DNA of 50,515 nt, taken from assembly GCA_022821265.1 (NCBI GenBank), contig JAJEDW010000200.1:1-50515 (forward strand). Direction: 5' to 3'. The notes under the pieces are model-generated. The model worked only from the letters and a program-made list of their open reading frames with translations. It ran no database searches and was not told the DNA's origin. Position 1 is the first letter of the stretch. Every line of letters begins with the position of its first letter. Origin of the DNA: Acidobacteriota bacterium (GTDB lineage: Bacteria > Acidobacteriota > Terriglobia > 20CM-2-55-15). This document shows, piece by piece, positions 7,768 through 15,775 of this stretch. Both the position numbers and the translations under genes were made by a program.

Positions 7768-8429
7768 ACGGAGGGTCCCGCCAGGCGGAACGCGAGGCCA
7801 TGGTGGCGCGCCAGATCCGATCGCGCGGCGTCCGCAACGCGGCCGTGCTCGCCGCCGTCCTCCGTGTTCCGCGGCACGAGTTCGTTCCCGACGAAGCCCG
7901 GGCGGACGCCTACGCCGACGGGCCGCTGCCGATCGGCGACGGCCAGACCATCTCGCAACCGTACGTCGTCGCCCGGATGACGGAAATGCTCGACCCGCGG
8001 CCCGGGCGCCGCGTCCTGGAAATCGGGACCGGATCCGGCTACCAGACCGCCGTCCTGGCCGAGCTCGGCGGCGAGGTGTTTTCGATCGAGGCCCGGAAGC
8101 CGCTGCTCGACGCGGCGCGGCAGACGCTGGAGCGCCTCGGCTACGGCCGAATCCGGTTCCGGCACGGGGACGGCGGCGCGGGGTGGCCCGAACACGCCCC
8201 GTTCGACCGCATCGTGATCACGGCGTGCGCCAGGGAGATTCCTCGCTCACTCGCCGTCCAGTTGGCGGCCCCGGGCCGGCTGGTCGGTCCGGTCGGAGAG
8301 CCGGGCGGCGAACAGCGGCTCGTGACCCTGACCCGAAACCGGAACGGGGAAATGGACATCGTCGAGGGCCTTCCGGTACGATTCGTGATGATGACCGCAT
8401 GGAAAGGGGGCAGCGAATCGACCCGATGA
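7764..8429 (+). CDS. pcm: Protein-L-isoaspartate O-methyltransferase
   Basis: Motifs TISQPYVVARMTEML, VLEIGTGSGYQTAVLAEL and FDRIVITA. GTGA start/stop overlap with pgeF. Confidence 0.9.
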   Translation: MNGGSRQAEREAMVARQIRSRGVRNAAVLAAVLRVPRHEFVPDEARADAYADGPLPIGDGQTISQPYVVARMTEMLDPRPGRRVLEIGTGSGYQTAVLAELGGEVFSIEARKPLLDAARQTLERLGYGRIRFRHGDGGAGWPEHAPFDRIVITACAREIPRSLAVQLAAPGRLVGPVGEPGGEQRLVTLTRNRNGEMDIVEGLPVRFVMMTAWKGGSESTR

Positions 8430-8938
8430 GATCGACGACGAAACTCTTGACGGCGGCGCTGGTGGCCACAGCCTGGCCGGCCATGGCCCAGGACGCGCCG
8501 CCCGCGCCCAATATCTCCGGCATGGCCGTCCAGGGCATGATGGTCGACCTGAACAACTTCAGGGGCGACAAGAACATCCTGGTCGTGTTCTACCGGATGC
8601 ACAACTGACCGTTCTGCCAGGCGCAGCTCGGCGAGCTGCAAGCGAACTACGAAGAGATACGGAACCTGGACGCGGAAGTCGTCGCCCTGAGCGCGGACAT
8701 CCCGGCCCAGGCCACGGTGACCGCCACGGAGTTGGGGCTCACCTATCCGATCCTGTCGGACTCGCCCCGCCGCTTCATCCGCGATTACGGCGTCCTGCAT
8801 CCGCAGGAAGGGATCGCGCGGCCCTCGTTGTTCATTCTGAACCGCGACGGGGCCCTGGAATGGAGCTACATCGGGGTGAACGCGTCGGATCGGCCTCCGA
8901 TCGACACGGTTCTGGACGAACTCCGGGCCCTGCAGTAG
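8426..8938 (+). CDS. Periplasmic AhpC/TSA-family (Prx-like) thiol:disulfide oxidoreductase, predicted selenoprotein (UGA 8606..8608 read as Sec in a U-P-F-C motif)
   Basis: ATGA overlap with the pcm stop. Signal peptide MRSTTKLLTAALVATAWPAMA. ILVVFYRMHN-TGA-PFCQAQLGEL continues in frame into the track ORF 8717..8938 (LTYPILSD, SLFILNRDG). The TGA sits where this family carries the first Cys of WCPxC. Confidence 0.75.
8623..8639 (+). promoter_or_regulatory. Candidate bacterial SECIS hairpin (GCAGCUC-GGC-GAGCUGC)
   Basis: Perfect 7-bp stem with a G-rich apical loop centred 22-24 nt 3' of the UGA at 8606..8608. Confidence 0.5.
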
Positions 8939-8989
8939 CGGCATCCCGCGGCCGGGCGGGCGCCTGTTCGGCGTGCTACCATCCGTTTC

Positions 8990-9400
8990 ATGGGTGGACG
9001 CAATCCCTACTTCGATGAACTGGAGGGCATCGCCCCTCCGACGCGGAAGTACACCGTCACGTTCCTGCCGATGAACGTCACCGTCGAGGTGGACCCGGAC
9101 GCGCTGCCGTACGGGGAGACGGGGCTGCCCGGCAGCATTCTCGACATCGCGCTGAAGCACGGTATCGACGTCGACCACGCCTGCGGGGGCGTCAGCGCGT
9201 GCTCCACCTGCCATTGCATCGTCGACGAGGGCGAGAACACGCTTTCCGAGATGACCGACGGCGAGGAGGACCAGCTCGCCTACGCTCCCGGCCTCACGCC
9301 GTCGAGCCGCCTCTCGTGCCAGTCGGTGGCCGACGGGTCGTCCGACCTGGTCGTCACCATCCCGGACTGGAACCGCAACGCCGTGCGGGAGTCCCACTGA
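8990..9400 (+). CDS. 2Fe-2S ferredoxin (adrenodoxin/Fdx-like)
   Basis: Motif ACGGVSACSTCHC ... LSCQ has the Cys spacing typical of vertebrate-type 2Fe-2S ferredoxins. Confidence 0.8.
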   Translation: MGGRNPYFDELEGIAPPTRKYTVTFLPMNVTVEVDPDALPYGETGLPGSILDIALKHGIDVDHACGGVSACSTCHCIVDEGENTLSEMTDGEEDQLAYAPGLTPSSRLSCQSVADGSSDLVVTIPDWNRNAVRESH

Positions 9401-9412
9401 ACCGCGCGCTGA

Positions 9413-9436
9413 GCCGGCGCCCGGCGGTTTTGTGTT
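9413..9436 (+). terminator. Candidate intrinsic terminator after the ferredoxin gene
   Basis: GCCGG-CGC-CCGGC hairpin followed by GGTTTTGTGTT. Confidence 0.4.
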
Positions 9437-9473
9437 GACCCCGTCTCGGCCGATGATCGAGACTACCGCCATC

Positions 9474-10496
9474 ATGACAACCTACAGGTGGTGGCTCACA
9501 GCGGTCGCGGCGGCGTGTTGCGCCGCAACGTCCGCCGCCGGAGGAGCGCAGGACGCCGGGGGGGCGGCCGGGACGACCGACACCGTCCCGGACGCTTCCG
9601 GAACGATCGAAAACGCACCGGACGAGGCCCTCGACCTGTTCAGTCTGCAGGTCGAGGTGCCGCTGGTCAACGTGACCGCGACGGTCCTGGACCTGTCGGG
9701 CGAGTACGTGGAAGGCCTGGCCGACGACAACTTCACGATCTTCGAGGATGGCGTGGAGCAGCAGATCGCGTTCTTCTCGCACGACGTGAACGTGCCCGTC
9801 AGCCTGGGAATCCTCGTCGACGTCAGCGGCAGCATGCGCTACAAGATCCAGCAGTCCCTGCAGACGGCGCGCGAGGTGGCCATGGCGCTGTCGCCCGACG
9901 ACGAGGTCTTCATCGTTACGTTCGCCGAAGATTCCAACGTGTTGACCGACTTCACCCCGACCGGACCGGACATTCAGGAGGTCTTCCGCGGCATCCGCAC
10001 CGGCGGCGACACCCACCAGTTCGACGCGATCGGCCTGGCGCTCCGCATGATGGAGAACGCGCGGCACCAGAAGAAAGTGCTGCTGCTGCTGACCGACGGT
10101 TTCGACACGCGGAGCCGGCTCCGGATCGAGGACGTGGACGAGCTGCTGAAGGAATCGGAGGTGCTGGTCTACGCGATCGGCATCGACGACGACGACGAGG
10201 ATCCCGAGGTGGCCCGGCGCACGCGGTATCACGTGTACCACTACATGCTCGCGCGGTTGACGGACGTGACCGGGGGCCGCGCGTTCCGGATCTACACGGG
10301 CCGGCGCTACGCGCTCCAGAGCCTGGCCGAAATATTGCTGCAGGAACTGCACCAGCAATACACGCTCAGCTACTACCCGACGAACCCCGCCCTGGACCAG
10401 AGCTGGCGCGAGATCCGCGTGCGCCTGGACAACCCGGCCGCGACCGTGCGCCACCGTACGGGGTACTACGCCGACGAGGCCGTCGGAGTCGAGTGA
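9474..10496 (+). CDS. VWA domain protein (VWFA-related, Acidobacteria-type)
   Basis: N-terminal signal, MIDAS-like GILVDVSGSM, LLLTDGFDTRS, and C-terminal YTLSYYPTN ... RHRTGYY. Alternative starts are at 9432 and 9453. Confidence 0.75.
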   Translation: MTTYRWWLTAVAAACCAATSAAGGAQDAGGAAGTTDTVPDASGTIENAPDEALDLFSLQVEVPLVNVTATVLDLSGEYVEGLADDNFTIFEDGVEQQIAFFSHDVNVPVSLGILVDVSGSMRYKIQQSLQTAREVAMALSPDDEVFIVTFAEDSNVLTDFTPTGPDIQEVFRGIRTGGDTHQFDAIGLALRMMENARHQKKVLLLLTDGFDTRSRLRIEDVDELLKESEVLVYAIGIDDDDEDPEVARRTRYHVYHYMLARLTDVTGGRAFRIYTGRRYALQSLAEILLQELHQQYTLSYYPTNPALDQSWREIRVRLDNPAATVRHRTGYYADEAVGVE

Positions 10497-10553
10497 GCGC
10501 CGGATCGTGGACGTCCATCAACGGCGGCCGCGAACGGCCGTCGCCAAACACCG

Positions 10554-10802
10554 ATGCTCATTGTCACCCGAAAGAAGGACGACCGGCTGATCATCGGAAA
10601 CGATATCGAGATACACGTCCTCCGGATCGGCCGCGACAACGTTCGCCTCGGGATCAAGGCGCCCCGCGACGTCTCCATTTACAGGCACGAGATCTACGAA
10701 CAATCCACGGAGGCGAACGTCGCCGAGAGCGCGCCTCCCGCCACGGAGCCGAACGGGACCGAGACGAATCCCGGGGGCGAGAACTCGGAACGGCAACCGT
10801 AG
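10554..10802 (+). CDS. csrA: Carbon storage regulator CsrA
   Basis: MLIVTRKKDDRLIIGNDIEIHVLRIGRDNVRLGIKAPRDVSIYRHEIY is a near-canonical CsrA core. Confidence 0.9.
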   Translation: MLIVTRKKDDRLIIGNDIEIHVLRIGRDNVRLGIKAPRDVSIYRHEIYEQSTEANVAESAPPATEPNGTETNPGGENSERQP

Positions 10803-10856
10803 CTGTTGCTCCCCGGCGCTGGCTTCGCCGCACTGGCGAGGACGTGTCACGTCCTG

Positions 10857-10936
10857 GGAGCCTGTCGTGCAACCCCGCGTGGCGCCGAGACCGGTGAGGA
10901 GCCCGTCCATTAGGACCCGTTGGGCAGGCCGGCTCC
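10857..10936. repeat. Third, shorter copy of the MITE-like repeat
   Basis: GGAGCCTGTCGTGCAACCCCGCGTGGCGCCGAGACCGGTGAGGAGCCCGTCC (10857..10908) matches the reverse complement of 1075..1128 with about 6 substitutions. A degenerate opposite end GGCTCC is at 10931..10936. Confidence 0.55.
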
Positions 10937-10988
10937 TGACCTTCAATGGTCATCGCCACGCTGCTTTGTGGACCCCACACGAGATGGC

Positions 10989-11017
10989 TTGCCCGTATTA
11001 TTCATGATGGGTAGTAT
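10989..11017 (+). promoter_or_regulatory. Candidate promoter TTGCCC, 17 nt, TAGTAT giving a leaderless vapB transcript
   Basis: AT-rich island in a GC-rich genome. The -10 hexamer ends 6 nt before ATG 11024, and there is no SD sequence. Confidence 0.45.
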
Positions 11018-11023
11018 GTGTCC

Positions 11024-11272
11024 ATGAAGACGACCATCGAGATTCAGGACGCGCTTCTCGTGCGGGCGAAGCGGTACGCCCGGCGGAACGGTCGTCCCCT
11101 GCGGGCCGTGGTCGAGGACGGGCTCCGACTCGTGCTGTCGACGTCGGCGACCCGTTCCCGATACCGGCTGCCGGACATGAGCGTCGGCGACTCGAAAGGC
11201 CCGGACCCCCTCGAGGCGTATTCTTGGCAGGACCTTCGCGACATGATCTACGGCGACACTGAAGGGCCGTGA
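11024..11272 (+). CDS. vapB: Type II antitoxin (VapB-like)
   Basis: MKTTIEIQDALLVRAKRYA start, small size, and GTGA overlap with the PIN toxin gene. Confidence 0.7.
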   Translation: MKTTIEIQDALLVRAKRYARRNGRPLRAVVEDGLRLVLSTSATRSRYRLPDMSVGDSKGPDPLEAYSWQDLRDMIYGDTEGP

Positions 11273-11715
11273 TCGCCGTAGACACGAACCTGCTCGTCTA
11301 CGCCCACCGCCGGGAATCACGTGTCCACGGTCCCGCCCTCGCCATACTGCGCGCACTGGCGGAGGGTGACGACGTGTGGGCGATACCGTGGCCGTGCTGC
11401 TACGAGTTTCTCAGCGTGGTGACCAACCGTCGGATCTGGAAGGATAAGGCGTCTACGGCGGAGCGCGCCTGGCGTCAGCTTGACGTGTGGACCTCGTCGC
11501 CGTCGAATCGGCTGTTGGGCGAAACCGACGACTTCCTCGACCTGTTGAGCAGCTTCGTCCAGCGTCCGCGGGTGCACGGACCGGTCGTCCACGACGCCCG
11601 GGTCGCCGCGATATGCGTCGCCCACGGCGCCGAGGCGTTGCTCACCCGCGATCGCGATTTCTCGCTGTTCCCGGAGCTCCGGACTCGCAATCCGTTGACG
11701 CCCGGTCGGCCCTGA
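11269..11715 (+). CDS. vapC: PIN-domain toxin VapC
   Basis: IAVDTNLLVYA start and acidic PIN residues (D5, E at ~45, HDARVAA, TRDRDF). Confidence 0.8.
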   Translation: MIAVDTNLLVYAHRRESRVHGPALAILRALAEGDDVWAIPWPCCYEFLSVVTNRRIWKDKASTAERAWRQLDVWTSSPSNRLLGETDDFLDLLSSFVQRPRVHGPVVHDARVAAICVAHGAEALLTRDRDFSLFPELRTRNPLTPGRP

Positions 11716-11782
11716 GTCTGCCGTTGACGGTTTCGCGCACCGAGTCGTGAGGCAGGCATTCGGACCGCCACGAGCCGGGCCG

Positions 11783-12661
11783 TCAAGGCCCGGCGACTTC
11801 GAGGCCCTCGGCGCGCAGGAGGTCGATCACGCTGTCCGCTCCGGACATGTGGGCCGCGCCGACCGCGATGAAGTGACTGCCCGAACCCGCCAGCGTCTCC
11901 GTGATCGCCTCGACCCAGTTCCGGTTTCGATTGATCAGCAACGCCTCGTGCACTTCGGGCGCCGTGTCGCGCATCGCCTCGTTCATGACCGCGTCGATCG
12001 CCGCGACGTCGCCGTCCTCCCAGGAGTCGACCAGATCGTCGACCATCTGGTCCAACTCGTCGAACATGACGAGGGTCTGCTCGAGCGAGGCGGCCTGGAT
12101 CTCCTGCGGCAGCTCCGCCAGGAATCGGATCTGCTGCTCGATCGTCTCGAAATACGCTACGGTTTTCCCGTCCGCGTTCGCCTGTTCCCAGAGCACGAAA
12201 TCCACGCCGGAGGCCGGGTCGTATCCGTGTGCCTGCAAGGCCGCCAGACTCAACGTCAGCTCGACCATCCACGGCCGCATGGGTTCCAGGGCGGCGGCCG
12301 GGAGTCCGAGCCCCGCCGCGATCTCGGCGAGCGAAGCGGCGGCCTCCTCGCTGATCTGAGACGAAAGCGTTTCGCCCGGCGCGTTCATGCCGTACTGGAG
12401 AACCAGCGAGGCGGCTTCGACCTGCGCGGCCGGGTCGGCCGCCGGGGCCTCGAACCAGATCGTGTCGGCGGCTTCGAACGCGGCCGTGATAGCCTCGGTC
12501 CGCCACTCGAGCTCGGGGGGCAGCACGTGCACCGTGCCGAAAATGTAGATTTCGGAGTCTTCGTCCGACAGGACCCAGATGGCGGGATCGGCAACGGCGG
12601 GAGCCGACGCGGCGGCGACGGCGATGGGGAGGATCAACTTGAGCTTGAACGGAAACCGCAT
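11783..12661 (-). CDS. TraB/GumN family protein, secreted
   Basis: Start ATG 12661..12659 is preceded by AGGAAAGGAAGG. Signal peptide, then IYIFGTVHVLP, NRNRNW, FIAVGAAHMSG. The rest of the 786-aa ORF is a shadow of 12752..14113. Confidence 0.75.
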   Translation of the reverse strand: MRFPFKLKLILPIAVAAASAPAVADPAIWVLSDEDSEIYIFGTVHVLPPELEWRTEAITAAFEAADTIWFEAPAADPAAQVEAASLVLQYGMNAPGETLSSQISEEAAASLAEIAAGLGLPAAALEPMRPWMVELTLSLAALQAHGYDPASGVDFVLWEQANADGKTVAYFETIEQQIRFLAELPQEIQAASLEQTLVMFDELDQMVDDLVDSWEDGDVAAIDAVMNEAMRDTAPEVHEALLINRNRNWVEAITETLAGSGSHFIAVGAAHMSGADSVIDLLRAEGLEVAGP

Positions 12662-12751
12662 CGATGCCTTCCTTTCCTGCACGCGATATCGCGTGGACGC
12701 TTTCCAGCGGGCGGTGCAACCCACCCGCGACATAGACAACGGGAGACGTCC

Positions 12752-14113
12752 ATGATAACGGAAAAGCGGATCGGCGTGCTTCACCCCGGCGAGATGGGCG
12801 TCTCCGTCGCGGCCGCCGCCCGGAACAGCGGTTTCGACGTCCTGTGGGCTTCGGACCGACGGAGCGAGGCAACGCGCCGGCGGGCCGCATCCCATGGCCT
12901 GCGGGACGCCGAGACCGTCGAACGCCTCGCCGCCGAGTGTCCGATCATCGTGAGCGTCTGTCCGCCGCACGCGGCCGACGCGGTGGCGGAAGCCGTCCTC
13001 GAGGCCGGGTTCCGGGGCGTCTACGTCGACGCCAACGCCATCCGGCCCGAGCGTTCCGTCGCGATGGGCGAGCGGATGGCGGCCCGGGGCGTACGCTTCG
13101 TCGACGGGGGCATCGTCGGCGAACCGGCATGGCGGGAAGGCACGACGTGGCTCCACCTGTCGGGCGAAGCCGCCGAGGAAGTGGCGGCCTGCTTCGCCGC
13201 CGGCCCGGTCCAGGCCACGATTCTGGGCGATACCGTCGGCCAGGCCTCGGCTCTGAAGATGTGTTTCGCGGCCAACACGAAGGGAACGACCGCGCTGCTG
13301 GCCGGGGCTCTCGCCACGGCCGAGCGCCTGGGCGTGCGCGAGGCCCTCGAAGTCCAGTGGGACGCCTGGAAACCGGGGTACGCCGCCGAGGCGGCGCATC
13401 GCGTGCGCGGCGCCGCGTCCCGGGCATGGCGTTTCGCCGGCGAGATGGACGAAATCTCCGCGACGTTCCGCGCCGCCGGGATGCCGGGCGAGTTTCACGC
13501 CGGCGCGGGCGAGGTGTATTCCCGCTTGGCGCGATACAGGGACGTGGAAACCGCTCCCGAGATCGAGGACATACTCGCGGCGCTCGGGACGGGCGGCGTC
13601 GCCGGCCCCGGGGCCTTCCCGTCGCGGGAACCGTTCCTCGTGCGCCCCGCGGCGCGGGGCGACGTTGCCGACATCCTGCGGCTGATCCGCGGCCTGGCGG
13701 AATACGAAGAGCTGGCGCACGCCGTGGAGGCGACCGAGGACGCCATCGAGCGGACGCTGTTCGGTCCGAGGCCGGCCGCCGAGGCGCTGCTGGGTTTCCA
13801 CGGGGACGAGGCCGTCGGGATCGCGATCTTCTTTCCGACGTATTCGACGTTCCTGGCGCGGCCGGGACTCTACCTGGAGGATCTGTTCGTCGTACCGCGC
13901 TGGCGGGGCCACGGACTCGGGCGCCGGCTCCTGGCGCGCGTGGCCGCCATCGCCGTCGGGCGCGGCTGCGGCCGCTTCGAATGGGCCGTCCTGGACTGGA
14001 ACACGCCGGCGATCGACTTCTACAAGAGCAAGGGGGCTCGCGTACTCGACGAATGGAAGCTGTGCCGGGTCACGGGCCGGGCGCTCCGCGACCTGGCCGA
14101 CAGCGCGGCGTAA
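12752..14113 (+). CDS. Fusion protein: NAD(P)-binding dehydrogenase-like domain (6PGDH-NAD-binding/DUF1932-like) plus C-terminal GNAT acetyltransferase
   Basis: ATG at 12752 is preceded by GGGAG. N-terminus RIGVLHPGEMGVSVA (Rossmann-like). C-terminal ~165 aa show GNAT motifs (LYLEDLFVVPRWRGHGLGRRLL, FYKSKGA). Confidence 0.65.
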   Translation: MITEKRIGVLHPGEMGVSVAAAARNSGFDVLWASDRRSEATRRRAASHGLRDAETVERLAAECPIIVSVCPPHAADAVAEAVLEAGFRGVYVDANAIRPERSVAMGERMAARGVRFVDGGIVGEPAWREGTTWLHLSGEAAEEVAACFAAGPVQATILGDTVGQASALKMCFAANTKGTTALLAGALATAERLGVREALEVQWDAWKPGYAAEAAHRVRGAASRAWRFAGEMDEISATFRAAGMPGEFHAGAGEVYSRLARYRDVETAPEIEDILAALGTGGVAGPGAFPSREPFLVRPAARGDVADILRLIRGLAEYEELAHAVEATEDAIERTLFGPRPAAEALLGFHGDEAVGIAIFFPTYSTFLARPGLYLEDLFVVPRWRGHGLGRRLLARVAAIAVGRGCGRFEWAVLDWNTPAIDFYKSKGARVLDEWKLCRVTGRALRDLADSAA

Positions 14114-14142
14114 GAGAGGGCCCGGCGCGTCTTCCGAGTACA

Positions 14143-14286
14143 ATGGCCGGCATGAAGTGCGATCTCTGTACCGAGGACGACGGCGCCGGCATCCACTATC
14201 ACGCGTTCATCGACGGCAAGCACTACTGGGTCTGCGAAGCCTGCAAGAAGCAGCACAACGTCGAGTCCGAGCACACGGACGAGTAG
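14143..14286 (+). CDS. 47-aa Cys-rich peptide (CxxC ... CxxC, zinc-ribbon-like)
   Basis: MAGMKCDLCTEDDGAGIHYHAFIDGKHYWVCEACKKQHNVESEHTDE. It ends 10 nt before the radical SAM gene. No clear SD, so the coding status is tentative. Confidence 0.45.
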   Translation: MAGMKCDLCTEDDGAGIHYHAFIDGKHYWVCEACKKQHNVESEHTDE

Positions 14287-14296
14287 CCGGAAGCCG

Positions 14297-15748
14297 ATGG
14301 ACCTCCGGCCGCGATGGAAGTCCCGCCTCGAGCGCGCCGGTTTCGCCGTCCGACGCGTACTGCCCGCCCGCCTGAAGGACCCCCTGCTCGACGAAGCCGA
14401 GACGGCGCTTCGGTCCATCGATGAAAAACGTGCGTTCATGCGTTTCGCCGACGCGTTCCGGTCGAAGCTGTTCGATCGTCTGGACGCGGCCTACCGTGAC
14501 GAGCTGTTCGCGAAGCTCCTCGCCCTGAAGCTGTCGAACCTCGCCGTGGCCCAACACCACTACCACCGCCGGCACGCGGACCTTGTGGCGCGGCCCGTGC
14601 AGCTCACCGTGGATCCGACCAACGCGTGCCAACTCGCCTGCCCCGGTTGCGTCCACACGACGAACCCGGAGCGCCGCGGGCTGTTCGACTGGCCGCGCGC
14701 GGCGCTGCCCGCGTCCGTCCACGACGCGTTCCTGGAGCTTGCGGGCCCGTTCGCGTTCTCGACGCTGCTGTACAACTACGGCGAACCGCTTCTGCACCGG
14801 GACTTCCCCTCGTTCGTGCGCTCGGCCAAGCGGTTCCTGCTGTTTACGCACACGTCGACGAACCTGTCGATGCCGGTGCCGGACCCCGACGCACTGGTGG
14901 CCTCCGGCCTGGACCGGATCGTCTGCTCGATCGACGGCGCGACGCAGGACGTCTACGCCCGCTACCGGCGGAACGGCGACTTGGCTCTGGTCGTCGAGAA
15001 CGTCCGGAAACTGGTGGCCGCGCGGAAGCGGTCCGGAACGCGCACGCCCTACCTGGTCTGGCAGTTCCTGACCTTCCGCCACAACGCCCACCAGGTCCGC
15101 GACGCCATCCGGACGGCGCGGGCGTTGGGTGTGGACGAAGCCCTCGTCGAAACGCCGTTCAGCGTCGAGCACGACGATCCGGACATCCGGGCCGTCACGG
15201 TCCGGGAGCGGGGCCGGCACGTGTTCGCGCGCTGGGACGGAAACTGGTGCTCGAAACCGGAGCGGCACCGCGTCGATGCCGCGGCCCCCGCCATCGAGCG
15301 GGAGTACGCGCGCTCCTGGGAGGAGCGGTTCGATGAGGAGACCGCCGGCGCGGAAGAACCGTCCCGCCGGGGCGCGCTCACATGTGACTGGCTGTACCAG
15401 AACGTGACGCTGGACGGGGCGCGGCGCGTCCTGCCCTGCTGCATGGCGCCGGAGACGTCGGAAAAGCCGCTGGTGTTCGCCCGCTTCGACGCGGACGATG
15501 GGGTCCGGCTTCGGAATCCCGCCAACACGCCCATGGCCGTCCTCGCGCGCCTGGCCCTCGGCGACCGCAAGTCCTACGATTCCCGCGTGAGGGACCTTCC
15601 TCGGGCGGAGCGGCCCTACTGCGCGGAATGCCGGGAGAAACCGCCGCCGTATCACCTGAACAACATCGCCGGCGACGCGTGGGCCCTCGACCCGGAACGG
15701 GCGCTGCCCCGCATGCTGGCCGCGACGCTGACCGGCTGGGAGCGGTGA
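14297..15748 (+). CDS. Radical SAM enzyme with a Cys-rich C-terminal (SPASM/twitch-like) region
   Basis: CX3CX2C motif in TNACQLACPGCVH, with GEPLL downstream. C-terminal cysteines: LTCDW, LPCCMAP, PYCAEC. About 100-aa N-terminal extension. Confidence 0.75.
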   Translation: MDLRPRWKSRLERAGFAVRRVLPARLKDPLLDEAETALRSIDEKRAFMRFADAFRSKLFDRLDAAYRDELFAKLLALKLSNLAVAQHHYHRRHADLVARPVQLTVDPTNACQLACPGCVHTTNPERRGLFDWPRAALPASVHDAFLELAGPFAFSTLLYNYGEPLLHRDFPSFVRSAKRFLLFTHTSTNLSMPVPDPDALVASGLDRIVCSIDGATQDVYARYRRNGDLALVVENVRKLVAARKRSGTRTPYLVWQFLTFRHNAHQVRDAIRTARALGVDEALVETPFSVEHDDPDIRAVTVRERGRHVFARWDGNWCSKPERHRVDAAAPAIEREYARSWEERFDEETAGAEEPSRRGALTCDWLYQNVTLDGARRVLPCCMAPETSEKPLVFARFDADDGVRLRNPANTPMAVLARLALGDRKSYDSRVRDLPRAERPYCAECREKPPPYHLNNIAGDAWALDPERALPRMLAATLTGWER

Positions 15749-15775
15749 GGGCCCCGTGCGCCGCCGAGGGGCGGC

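Noticed and set aside
8426-8938. Interpreting the TGA-interrupted redoxin (and likewise 36009..36698 and 36749..37228) as pseudogenes or assembly errors
   Set aside because: In all three cases the single stop is TGA and falls exactly on the redox-active Cys column. The frame stays intact on both sides, and a hairpin follows at SECIS distance. Random decay would not give this pattern three times. Still, this cannot be excluded without reads or evidence of Sec machinery.
11747-12751. N-terminal 335 aa of the 788-aa plus-strand ORF 11747..14113
   Set aside because: Antisense to the TraB/GumN gene. The real gene starts at ATG 12752, preceded by GGGAG.
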